Part shown: in pieces, positions 1 through 12,000 of the stretch
Numbering within the stretch: position 1 is the first letter of the stretch
How the letters are laid out: each line of letters begins with the position of its first letter
Assembly: GCA_002633005.1 (NCBI GenBank)
Contig: NMRA01000108.1
Span: 43,820-107,819 of the forward strand
DNA from: Phoronis australis
Taxonomy: Eukaryota; Animalia; Phoronida
Direction: 5' to 3'
DNA: 64,000 bases
Notes under the pieces: model-generated
Database searches by the model: none
What the model was told of the DNA's origin: nothing
What the model saw: the letters and a program-made list of their open reading frames with translations, nothing else
Program-made: the position numbers and the translations under genes

Positions 1-1485
1 ATTTGGCCAATCTGTTGATACAGTAAATTTCCTTATTTATGCCCATCCTGATTTGACTGCAACTTGAGCTTGTTGGGTTCTATCATATATTGGGTTGGCA
101 TTGGGACCCACATGATGCTTACTCGAATGGGCTTCATTTTACCAAGTATTTCAAATTGATGTGAAGTAAATAAACAAAGTGGGTGATTATCATCACCAGA
201 ATTTCATCATTAGTATCTTTTGCCGGGTGCTCAAAATTTCTGAGACTAGGGATTGTCAGATTTGTAAGGTAGAAGTGTTTCGCTGGATTTCCAGGTCTGT
301 GGCGTTATTTATACTGGACCAAAATTAAAAAAACAGACCTTTGTTTAAATCAGGAGCATGATACACATTTATTAGACGTGCGCAGGCATTGCACTGATCA
401 CTTGGAACCATTTTTATGGTTTATCAATATCTAGTTAAACTAAGCTGAGGAGCTTGAAACCTGATTCACGGCAATTTTTGGCAGTGGTATTTTCTGAAAA
501 ATTCTCGTAAGTTGACAACAAAGTTTGATAGCAATGCACTGCAGTTTTGTAGAGACTCTGTTCATAGGTTACAGATGCGTCACAGAGCGTAACTTTGATG
601 AATTTTAGCTGACGATTTCACCTGTTTCGGAGACCGGGTTTCAACCAATATTGGGCTATAATAACCGCCCCCTTCCTGAAGCGGATTTTTCTAAGCACCC
701 TGGCCGCTTATTAGGGCGCATACGGTAATATTTCTGAAGGGCAATACTTAGTATCCTTTATGCACGGGACCCTTTTGTTACATTAGGAGTGGGATTGGCT
801 CATTATGTACCCTACAGGTGGCATAGTACTTCACAAAACTGGTTGAAGAATTTTGTTTTCGTCATAAATGTTCGTTTGAAAGGCTTAAGCTTAGAAAAAT
901 TAGGACTTAAGGCGGAAATTTAAAAAACCATATGTCCGCTTACAAAAAAATTAACATTGAAGAATAAAAACAACCTTTACACCCCTCTGGTGTTCCTGTT
1001 CCATGTTTTCAAAGAAGTTGGTTGCATTTTCATAGACTGCAGTCGAGAGATTTTGTGCGGCATATATTCGACATGAAATGAGTGTGTAACCTGTTGTTGA
1101 ATTGCGAGATAGATTTTGACTGGTCCGGGTGGATATTTATGAAGTATTAATGTAATCTTTATATATGTTAAAGGTTTTACCAGCGTTCTATTTATTTGTA
1201 CACGAATGTGAATTGTTGAAATCGCTGATCCAAATCCTAGCCATCGGTGTGCATTCTGACGAGACCAACCGTCTGATCAGGGCCAGCGAAGAGTAATTTG
1301 GTTAATTCGCTCACTAGGCTATGGCTGAACATCCTCGTAAGGACAAGAGTTTACGAGTCACTACCTTTGGAAGAAATTTAGCGGATAATTTTCGTCAAAA
1401 AGTTTACCAGATAGTATTCATCAAAACGGAGAAAACAAAAATGGATTTATGAAGACAGGATTAAGTAGTAGACTAGTAGAGTCTC

Positions 1486-1674
1486 TTAGAAACATTCATC
1501 TTCGAAGTGCTTTGGACAAATGTATAAAGTCTTATTGCTGAAACAACTGCCATTCACACAAGAAGTAAGGTTTTCTTCCCACAGCCGATTATGGGATCTT
1601 CGGATGGTATGGAAGCTGATTCCTTTGCATTTCGCGTGTGTGGCCGAACAACCGGCCACACAGTAGCCGACCAT
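1486..1674 (-). pseudogene. THAP (C2CH) DNA-binding domain, truncated transposase N-terminus
   Basis: MVGYCVAGCSATHAKCKGISFHTI...W...LYICPKHFEDECF fits the THAP consensus C-x-C...W...CxxHF. It stops directly after the domain and lies just downstream of the YqaJ ORF on the same strand. Confidence 0.75.
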
Positions 1675-1859
1675 GATTAGCAGACGACGTACTTGCCGGA
1701 AATTGCACCAGAAAACGTAGCCAGGTGTCGCCAGTGAATAATGACGTAAGGGCTTGTGCGTAAGGTCACAGATTTCGTCCATTGAAAGTATACGGAGTTG
1801 GCGGTCCATGTACTATAGCCTATGTTTAAACTAAACACTTGTACAATGTACGTGTACCA

Positions 1860-2590
1860 TGAAGAGTTCGGATACAGCTGTACCCCAGCCTTTACTCTTC
1901 TACTAAATATTTCTGCTGCAATACCTGTCTGATAAAAAGTATTTAACTTCGGGACAAGTTTAGTTTCATAAAAGTCACTGCCAAACAATATTCTTTGAAT
2001 GAAGATTTCGCCTGCCACCTCAGATAGCATGTCCTGCTGCACAATATGAGCCCACTTGCGACCATTCACACCCATCTGTACTTGCAACTGTACAAAGTAA
2101 TTGTGGTTAATATTCAGATTACAAGAGGGTATCTACAGCTATATGACGTTTATGCCATTTTCGCAAAAAATGAACGAATAGAGTTCAGAGTCTCTGAAAA
2201 GTTCGCTTGGCTGAAACTTTCCTGTTAAGGAAAAACCCTTCCTCTTCTGCTGTGCTAGTTGGACCGGCGTGTTGCCTTCCTCGTCATACGGGGATTTCAC
2301 CTCTAAATTCCACTCTTCTCCTTCGTAGCACACTACACCATTAACCTTGGCACCAAGGAGCTGGTGCTCAAAGGATACAACAAAACCGCTGTCTTTCACA
2401 TTGAAGTTTCTCCAACAAGAGGAATTAATACATTTGTACAGTTCAGTGGCACGCTTCTCATATATTGTACCGTGGTGACAGGACTTCAGCGCAATTCTCA
2501 GGCCATATTGTAAGATTTTCTTCACAATGACAACAGGTGCCATAGAATTTCGCTACTTGTGGATGGCACCTGCCACTGAAGCAGTTCATT
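1860..2590 (-). pseudogene. Decayed YqaJ/lambda-exonuclease (PD-(D/E)xK) ORF of a DNA transposon (ISL2EU- or KolobokE-type)
   Basis: Minus-strand translation across ORFs 2139..2543 and 1677..2087 gives the YqaJ motifs TASVAGAIHK, HGTIYEKRA, SGFVV...LGAKVNGVV (degenerate LGASPDG), LEVKSPY and QVQMGVNGRKW...IFIQRI...LVPKLNTFY. It is broken by a stop and frameshifts. Confidence 0.75.
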
Positions 2591-5500
2591 ACCTAAAAAG
2601 TAATTACATTTTTTCAAATGACATTACAATTCAAATACACACCTTGAAAAAGTGTCGGACACCACTTTTAAATGAAACATTAAATAAAGGGATGGAAACA
2701 CTTCCTAGGCCCTGCCTCTATATTAAAACATCATTGGAATTCAGGGGCTCGGGTGTAGTGATTTATAGTGCAAGACTAGAGCTCAAAAGATAAAACCTGA
2801 AGTTGAGAGACATGGGCATGGTCATAGTATTGTTTCCACAACCTGACAATGATCACTTAATAGTTCTAAGCAGCAAAAAACAGACAGCTTCCTAAACCTG
2901 GACACAATTTTACATTGAGTCGCAAATTTTCAGCACATATCAGTAATACAACTGTTAGTGCCCCAAATAAAAATTCAATTCACCTGACAACCAACCAGGT
3001 AATTGTCACTGCTACTTCGTATGCAACCCCAAACCAAATATCACTTGAAGTCTTTTCAGTAAAGTGGGATCAAACACTTGTGATGTTTTTCCGTATTCTT
3101 TATAACAAATTTTGAATAAGTCTGTTAATGCCTATAACCCGTATTACAAAACCAAATGATGAAACAAATTTTCCGTACCAAATTTGATAACAAACAGTAT
3201 AATATTCTTTTGCAAATATTGTTTACAAATACCTTTACCATGACTAAAGCAGTATTCATTCTCAGCTTGATCTGAGCTATCTTCTTCAATGCCACTAATT
3301 TCAGCTTTTTTGAGCAGTTTCATGTTGGACATAAACTTCCAAATGAGACTCTTAAACTCTTCACCGCCGAAGTCGTCAGGAACGCTCTATAATTAAGCAC
3401 TGATATTTGTAATTACTGATATTTCACAACTAAACTTTCAAGCGAGAGAAAGAGAGGGGGCTTTCATTCGAGTGTTTAATAGTCAATATGCCTTTGTGTT
3501 CACTTAGTAAATAACGTAGAAAATAAATCTGAAACTAAAAGAGGCGATCCAGGTCATCTAAAGGATACACTTGTGTGTCGAAAATTAGAATAAATATCCG
3601 TAAATAAAACAACGAAAATGGATCATTAGGATTTTCTGATATAATAAGTCAACAAAAATAAAAAAATAAAGTAAAATCAAACACAATATGACAATTGACA
3701 TATGATATATGGCGTAATGAACATTTTGCATTGTTGCGGGAAAAAAGGATATAATTTAAGAAGTCTGTATGTTCAATCCATTAGGATCAAGTGTGTTGAG
3801 CTTATCTATCCAAAATTGTTCTCTTTTGAATCTGTGAGGGGTACTGGGGTATTGTAGTTTCTCTAATTTTTGTAAAGAAAGATCTTGTAGATTATGTTTT
3901 TTGAATTGAAATGATTAGCTCAAGTATCAGAAATGTTGATATGTATTGTTTAAATCTATGATTGCCAAACCCAGCTTGTAGATTATGTTGAGTTTGTCCT
4001 ACATATTGAATGTAACATTTTTGCAACTGCTTAAGTTGCCATGATGGCCAGGCATGTTGTCGGTGCTGCAAATGTCCATCGGGAATTGTGATCAGTTTTA
4101 TCAGTAAATGAGAAACATCTACGTTGCTGAAATATGATGAAAACTGTTAAATCTCACGGAATTTCATCGGAAATTGTTGGAAAAAATAATTTATACACAA
4201 TGCTAAACTATTGAAGTACTAACCTTTTAATCAAAGCCGCTTGCTTCAAACCGGAGACAGACGCACCCCGATATTGAAGCCATCTCTTCAACACAGGAAC
4301 CGTACAAAATTCGAAAGGCTCCGAAATGAGTGCTCCAGGAATACAGGAACTTACGGTTTTCACTTGGCAAATCACAGCAAATACACACGCAGAAGTATCT
4401 CAGACCTCACCTAATCAATCCATAAAGCTAAAACCTCGTGAGAGACCGTCCTGAGTTGACAGTGGAGAAATTCAGGGCGGTCTGGGATCATGGGGTAGAT
4501 CTGTGGTCGCCTTTTTCAAGACATGTAAAAGATTAAGAATTAAATTCCTTGTAAAATTCTGAATACAAGCGTTTGTCTCCCATTAATATCGATGAAGTTT
4601 TGGCCGATATCGTTCACTTTCAGTAAGGGCTAGCCATGCACACCGGAGGATCATAACAAAAGATTATTACGCGGTAAAGCAGTTTTTACTGACAACAAAG
4701 GAAGACGTTAAAATCGACTGATAGTCAACATTTTTAAACTATTTTCATATTTCAATATCGCAATTATAAGTAAAAACATTATGTTTTAGTAGTAAAACTG
4801 CAATTATATTAACCTTGTAAAATCCACAATGACCTAACTCGCGCGTTGTAGTGAGTATTTAGTCCGGTACAACACGTGAAGATGGCAGTGTAGTTGTTTT
4901 TGCTCTCAACTCAAAAGTAGCGGTTCCAAAATGGAAGATGGACAGAAAATGCAGGCAGTTGACGAAAACTGCCATTGGGCGGAAGTAACTTTGCGGGGAG
5001 TACGGCGCCGGGAATTCACGTCGGTTTTCCTGGATGGCCGTCTGAGCTTGACCAGCTCGTCGAGCCGTGAGACATTCTTGAGAGGCTGAGCCCGAACGAC
5101 TATGTCGAGCTCGGGACCTAGTGAAGAAAGACGTAAGTATTTTTTATCACCACTTAAGCTCGCATGATGCTGTTGTCTGTATAAATAAAGCATACCGTGT
5201 TTACGTGGGATTGTGTGTTCATGAAATTACAGCCTATGTACTTGTACCACCTCTAAAGTCAGAGAAACATTGTTTCTTTGTGAAAAATGAACGTCTGGAC
5301 GAATCTGCCCTGGTGCCTTCAATGTTGGTTTTGTTTTTTGTAAAGTAGATTTACTGTAACAAGTCCGATGATGTCGGATTGAATTGGTATTCTGGCATTT
5401 TCAATGCCAGTATCTGATCCAGATTTTTTCGAATGGTGTTCGCAAATGAAAAAAATGTCAAGCCATTGTTTTAACTTACCATTTTAGTTATCTTTTAAGA

Positions 5501-6783
5501 GGTGGAGACAGCATTCTGCAGCCATGTCTTTGTTGGGTAGTTCTCATTTCTTTACATTTGTTTATGATTCATTCCCTTTTTTTCTATAGGTCACCCCCCA
5601 ACCCCTGTTGCTATAGTGCACTCTCTGTTGACTGAACTTGATGACATAACTGATAAGCCATTGTATTCTGCATACCTGTACTAGCCTAACCCTTTGTCCT
5701 ACACACCTGGCCCTATTGTTCACTTGACTTTTGTTTACAAAATAATCCAGTCCAGTCTACACCGTGATTACTTAGTTTAATCTTCAGCACAGATTCCAAT
5801 GAGTAAACTGTATTTCACATGTTTGTTTTATTGAACCTTTTCTTACCATCATGCAGCTCTTGCTTGACAGTGCAAATGTACTTTTATCTCCTCATTTTCG
5901 AACCACTCATTAAAACGTATTATGGGATTTCGTTTCTTTTCATGAATATTTTCATCATTGGTTTCTAATTCGTTCAACTGCTTCCCAAAACTTCCATTTC
6001 TTCATAACTTTAAAACTCCTGAGTCCTGAGCATTGAGCAACACTTAACAGTCCCTCCCAAACTGTTGCCCATCCAAACAGTGATGTGACCTTGTGACTAC
6101 ATGAGTGTAAGTTGTGGTACACTATTGCACGTGCACAAGGTCATCAGCACCAGAAGTTTTTAAATCACACCACCAAAACAGCGATTGTTCACATTTCATA
6201 AATTCACCTGTGACCCATTCTTATTGAAATTTGATAACGTAGCAAACAACAAACCCAAGGTAATCAAAGGTAAGGACAGTCTTACTAAGTTGACTAGAAT
6301 CTTGCATTTTTGGAAGAATGTTGCATTTTGAAAGATGGCCCCGAGGGTGTACTGCTGCGGTGAACCTGTGCCTTTTCATTTTTCATGCACTATTGGTGCA
6401 AAGGTGCAGTCCAGGAATATCCCTGGTTGATTTTCATCCTCTGTTTGGTTGTCACCTTGGTATGCTATCATATCAAATATATTATTAGCTTCAAGTAAAA
6501 ATTGTTGCTAATTTTTTTCTTGGTAAAAGTGCTATATTGGGGATGGGGTTTTGTTTCACCCATTTTTTGTTTTGTAATTGCAGATGAGGAATGCTGTTGT
6601 TGAAGTAAGCACCTGTGAAAAACGTCTTGACAAGAGAGCTCGCCTTGACAACTTCAAGAAGGTATACTGCTGACAGTTGCATTTATGTTCACGTTGAAGC
6701 CTGGAGAATAGACTTGACCATTGCTTGGGATTTTCCTCTGTTAAGATGAATTCTTTTTTTTGGTGTCAATTTCCTCTTACTTG

Positions 6784-7511
6784 TGTGTCGTTGAGAGTTT
6801 GAATTATTTTAAGTTTACCAGTTCTGCCCTCTGTTGTTTATTTTATGTTTCAGCTTGGCTACGCCACATTTATTGTTTTAGTATAACCTATGTCTTAGCC
6901 AGGACGCAATTTACAGCTACCCTGAGCTTTTCTCACTTGATTCTTGTAGAGGATGGAAGTGTTTCAGTTACCTGCCAGTTTTTCAGTTGAAATATATGTC
7001 ACAGCGTTCAAGAAAGTAAGTTTTTTGTTGGCTTATTAGTTGTATTGCAGTGTAGGTAATATTGTAATTTCTGACTTTTCTTATATTTAAAATAGGGGTA
7101 ATTCTTTGGCAGTGAAGGTTCTCGTTTCAGAGACACGTGTTTTCAGAGGTGTAGTTTAGATTTCTTTCGACAGTTGGCGCTCTTAGCAGTACGTTTATTT
7201 CCGTTCACCGTGTGGCGCTGTGGTTTGTTTATTTACATCCGGTTTTTGATTAGCGGGTTTGTGGCTTTGATATATGAGTTTGAATTGTACTTAGGGTTTT
7301 CATGACAGGTTTTGGATATTACTTACTTACGTTGGTTTATTTGCTGTGTCATGCAGAGATTATTATTTCTTGTATTTATGGTGATTTTTGGTTTGTTTTC
7401 AGATTGAACTTCTTCTTCTACTTCTTCATCTAGACTTATACTGATGTCTGATGTAAAAATAAAGTTCCAATTTTAACGCTGCTGCTGTTTTTTCACCCTG
7501 TGCGTGATCCA
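6784..7511 (+). repeat. 5' LTR of BEL/Pao element (728 bp)
   Basis: TGTGTCGTTGAGAG...GTGATCCA. Near-identical to 12707-13428 (about a dozen substitutions and three small indels by manual alignment). AATAAA at ~7458. Confidence 0.95.
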
Positions 7512-7571
7512 AATTCAATTTTCTTCGCTGGATAGAGGTTGGATTCGGAAATTTCTACTAACAGTGCAAAA

Positions 7572-8486
7572 ATGGATCAATTAAAGAAAAAAAGACGTAC
7601 AGCTAAATCTGCCTACACTCGTTCAGTTAAACAGTTAGACACTAAATTATGTGAGAGTCGTCCAATAGATGAACTGAAAGAATGCTTCAACATCCTTGAT
7701 ACAAAATATAAAGATCTTGTTGCATGTCACGATGCATACTGTGATACTTTGGAAGATGATGCTTTTGATCACGAGGAAAGCTACCTTGATGAGCTGGAAA
7801 AGCTACATATGAATTATGATATGAAGATCCGCGACTTGGTGAAGGAAGCCACTTCTGTGTCATCAGCTATTAAAGTTGTTCCTGATCACTTTTCAACTGT
7901 TTCTTTCAAAAAAAGCAATTCTACAGTATTGAAGACTGAGAAACCCAAGTTGCCACGTTTCTCTGGAGACGTAAGAGAATTTGTACAGTTTCGTTCTGAT
8001 TTTTCTCATTTTGTGGAGGAGAAATATGAGGACAAAGACTGTTTAATGGTTTTGAAATCTTGTTTCACTGGAAAACCTTTGGAGATGATAAAAGGCGTTT
8101 CGACGGATAGCGAGGTTTGGACAATGCTGGAATCGTTATATGGACAACCCAGAGTTATTGTTGACACTATATTATCAGACATTGTACGATTTAAACCGCT
8201 CAAGTCAGACGAAGATACTAGATTCTGCGATTTAGTTCAGTTGTTAATGAAATCTCGTGTATCAGTGAACGAGATCGATCGTCCTCACGACATTGACAAC
8301 ACGCAGATGATTTCCGTTATAGAGCGAAAGCTAACTACTGAGGATCTTAGGCTGTGGTCTAGACATATCGAAACGGAAGGGTTAGAGCCTAACTTTGATA
8401 ACTTTATGCTTTGGCTAACATCAGAGATGAAGATTAGAATTTGCTCTACAGCAAACATTCGTTCTTCAAAAGTAGAAAGTCAGTGA
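7572..8486 (+). CDS. gag: BEL/Pao gag (DUF1759-type), ends at a frameshift
   Basis: ATG at 7572. KPKLPRFSGDVREFVQFRSDF and LESLYGQPRVIVD are typical Pao gag motifs. Confidence 0.85.
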   Translation: MDQLKKKRRTAKSAYTRSVKQLDTKLCESRPIDELKECFNILDTKYKDLVACHDAYCDTLEDDAFDHEESYLDELEKLHMNYDMKIRDLVKEATSVSSAIKVVPDHFSTVSFKKSNSTVLKTEKPKLPRFSGDVREFVQFRSDFSHFVEEKYEDKDCLMVLKSCFTGKPLEMIKGVSTDSEVWTMLESLYGQPRVIVDTILSDIVRFKPLKSDEDTRFCDLVQLLMKSRVSVNEIDRPHDIDNTQMISVIERKLTTEDLRLWSRHIETEGLEPNFDNFMLWLTSEMKIRICSTANIRSSKVESQ

Positions 8487-9079
8487 ACAATGTTCAACAG
8501 TTTGTTAGACATAAGTGCTGGTTGTGTTCATCTGATAGCCTCTGGACCGATCAGTGTGACTCGTTTACTAAGAAGTCAGTGCAGGAGTGTTTTGAACTTT
8601 GTAAGCGCAATCGTGTGTGTTATAGCTGTTTAAAGAAGTCCTCGAAGGGTCACAATGTAAGCACATGTTCCCGAAAGAAGAAATGTTCCGTTACCGGTTG
8701 TGACAAATTCCACCACCCGTTATTGCACTGGACAGCTAATTCTGAAAGATCTAAGTCGTCAGGATTTCCTTTTCTGAATCCCAATACACCGCCCTTTGCC
8801 CCGTTGCCGACCCCTAGTACTATTGCGCATTCAGTATCCTTCTGTTCAGCCAAAGACCATTGTTTATTGCCCACGTTAACTGTTGAGTTGAGCTCGCCAA
8901 ACACCGTCATTAAAGCGAATGTTCTTATTGATGGAGGAGCACAAATAAGCTTAATTACGGATGATACTGTGGACAAATTAGGTCTTACCGGAAAACCTGT
9001 TTCAGTTAGTTTATGCAAAGTTGGCGGACAAGAGGAAGTTTTTGAAGACTCGGCTATACAAAGTCCGTGTTCGTGGTGA
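8441..9079 (+). CDS. BEL/Pao gag zinc knuckles plus aspartic protease N-half (frameshifted segment)
   Basis: Three Cys/His motifs (CWLC...C, CYSC...GH...C, CSVTGC...HHPLLH) and the protease active site LIDGGAQISLI. Confidence 0.85.
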   Translation: MLYSKHSFFKSRKSVNNVQQFVRHKCWLCSSDSLWTDQCDSFTKKSVQECFELCKRNRVCYSCLKKSSKGHNVSTCSRKKKCSVTGCDKFHHPLLHWTANSERSKSSGFPFLNPNTPPFAPLPTPSTIAHSVSFCSAKDHCLLPTLTVELSSPNTVIKANVLIDGGAQISLITDDTVDKLGLTGKPVSVSLCKVGGQEEVFEDSAIQSPCSW

Positions 9080-12000
9080 ACACAACTGGTTCACAGTCTC
9101 AGCTGTTGGGATTCCATGTATTAATGAGAACACTAACTGTTATGACGTTTCAAGTGTCGAAAGTAAGCTAGGCATCACGTTGAAAAGGACTACAGGTCCT
9201 ATTGATATGCTGATTGGGGTCAATCATGCGAACTTACATACTGGTGGAACTAGACAGTTTGGTAATCTTATTGCTCGTCATTCCCCCCTGGGTTGGGTAC
9301 TTTTTGGTTCGACCGGCCAACAGAAGTCTATCACTTCATGTGTTTTTCATGTTGACGTAGGTGTTAACCTTACAGATTTCTGGACGACAGAATCTATGGG
9401 TGTATCTGGTAGTTCTTGTAGCTGCCAAGGCAGTAAACTGTCACCTGCTGAGAAGGAAGAAGCAGAGGTTATTCGAAGGTCATGTGAAAAGGTTGGTAAC
9501 CAATGGAAAGTTGCGTACCCTTGGAAAGAAGACCCTTGTAAGTTGCCAGACAACCGTTCTCAGGCTGAAGCTAAGCTTAGGTCTACAGAGCGAAGACTAC
9601 AGAAAAACTTAGTCCATGCTCAGCTATACAACGATCAAATTCAAGAAATGGTCAACATGAATTTTGCGAGAAAACTTTCGGAAGAAGAGATGCATCAGTA
9701 TAATGGACCTGTCCATTATGTGAGCCACCACGAGGTCCTAAGGACTGATAAAGTCAGCACACCTATTCGAATTGTATTTAATGCATCGTCAAGCTTCAAC
9801 GGACATGTACTGAACAATTACTGGATGAAAGGCCCTGATCTGCTCAATGATCTATTTGCGGTGATTCTACGATTTAGAGAATTCGATTCTGCTTTTGTAG
9901 GTGACATATCAAAAATGTATCATCGAGTCCTGATTCCTGAGATCGACCAGCACGTCCATCGTTTCCTGTGGAGGAACTTTGAGAATCGTAACCCAGATAC
10001 TTATGTCATGAATGTTGTCACATTCGGTGATAAGCCATCTGCCGCAATGGCCCAGACAGCACTCAGATTAACAGCATGGGAAAACAAAGATGCCTACCCA
10101 GATACCTACAATGTAATCATGCACAATACTTACATGGACGACATATGTGAGTCTGTTTCTAGTCCTGAACAAGCCTCTCGACTTACAAGTGACATTGATA
10201 AAGTGTTAAAAACAGGTGGTTTCCAGATCAAAAAGTGGATGTTTGGTCAATCACCTGATGATAACGTCAGTACAGAAGAAGAGTTCCATTTTGTTAGCCC
10301 CCAGGAAGAGAAGGTGCTAGGTATAATATGGAACAGAACGAAAGATGTTCTTACCTACAGTGTCAACCTCAGAGATGATGGAGATTCACAATTCACCAAG
10401 AGAAAGATTTTGAGCCGAATTTCGACCATCTTCGATCCTATTGGTTTTGCCTCACCCGTCCTTATACGTGCAAAAATTGGTATACAGAGACTGTGGCAGG
10501 AAGGTTTAGACTGGGATGATCCATTGCCTAGTGAGTTGTGTAAAGAGTGGTCAGCACTTTTCGAAGACCTGAAAAGTCTTTCTGCTGTTAGTTTCCAAAG
10601 ATGTTTGTCTCCAAAGCTGTTCATTGAGCCTCCGATGATGTGCGTCTTTTGCGATGCATCTGAAAGTGCATTTGGCGTCTGCATTTATCTGCGCTGGAAA
10701 GTTTCCGATGACATGTATGAAACTCGATTTGTTATGGCCAAATCCAGAGTTGCGCCATTGAAGAAATTGACTGTGCCGAGACTAGAGCTGCAAGCTGCGG
10801 TTTTGTCGTCTCGTTTGTACCGGTCCATAGTGAAAGAGCTTCGTTTGGAAGTGAAGTCTGCTGTTTTCTTCACTGACAGTACCATTGTTCTTGGTTGGAT
10901 AAAGAATACTACACGAAGATTCAAGTCATTTGTTGCTAACCGTGTTGGTGAAATTCAGAGTAACATTGATCCTGCGGATTGGAGACATGTCCCTGGTGAT
11001 TTGAATGTTGCTGATAAAGTGTCCCGAGGTGTACCTGTAAGTGAGCTGTCTGATGAATGGGCACATGGTCCGTTATTTTTGCTACAACCTGAAGAAAGTT
11101 GGCCTGTCCAGAATGAGAAGCCTGATGTTCAAGAAGAATGCCTATCTACTGCAGAAGAAGTGTGTCATGTATCCACTGCTGAGCTAAAGCGAGAGGCTGT
11201 CTGTGATATGCTGATTTTCCAAGAGATGGCTGTTAAATACTCATCATGGAAAAAGATTATCCGTGTTACAGCCTATATCTTACGTTTTATTCACAATCTG
11301 AAAGTGAAAACTGGTAAGATTGTTGACGATTTGCATACTGATCCTGTGTTAACTCCAACTGAATTAATGTGTTCCGAAGTTTGTTTGTTATTACAGGAAC
11401 AACAGAGTCTGCATGGACGATACGAAAAAGGTCATTTCAAGTCGTTCAGCCCCTTTATCGACGGCTTTGGACTGATAAGAGTTGGTGGAAGACTTGAAAA
11501 CGCCTGCATGTCCTATGATACAAGACACCCAATACTGTTGACATGTGAAAGTAAGTTGTCGTATCTAATTGCTCGAAGTTATCACGAAGAGACCCATTCA
11601 GGAGTTTCAGCTACTGTAGCCAAGACTCGACGGAAGTTCTGGATCACCAAGGCTCACAGAATTGCTAAGTCAGTAAAATACTGTTGTGTTAAATGCCGAA
11701 AAATGAATCACCGTGTTGAAAATCAGTTTATGGTAGACTTACCTAATCAGAGGTTGTTACCATGTACGCCACCGTTTAACTGTACAGCAGTTGATTATTT
11801 TGGACCAGTAACTGGTAAAGTCGGGCGGAACAAAACAGACAAGCATTATGGTGTGATTTTTACCTGCATGAACACTCGAGCAGTTCACATTGAACTTGCA
11901 GAAAATATGTCCACTGTGAGATTTTTGCAGGTGTTAAGAAGATTCTTTTCTGTACGTGGTTACCCGTCTGAGATGATCAGTGATAACGGTACACAGATGG

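Noticed and set aside
19-727. Possible pogo/Tc1-type MITE (TACAGTAAA... to ...CATACGGTA)
   Set aside because: The right end looks like a pogo TIR, but the left match is too weak to define an element.
6760-6990. Hydrophobic ORF in the LTR (repeated at 12722..12913) as an env-like or membrane peptide
   Set aside because: No ATG start, lies in T-rich LTR sequence, and is duplicated only because the LTR is duplicated.
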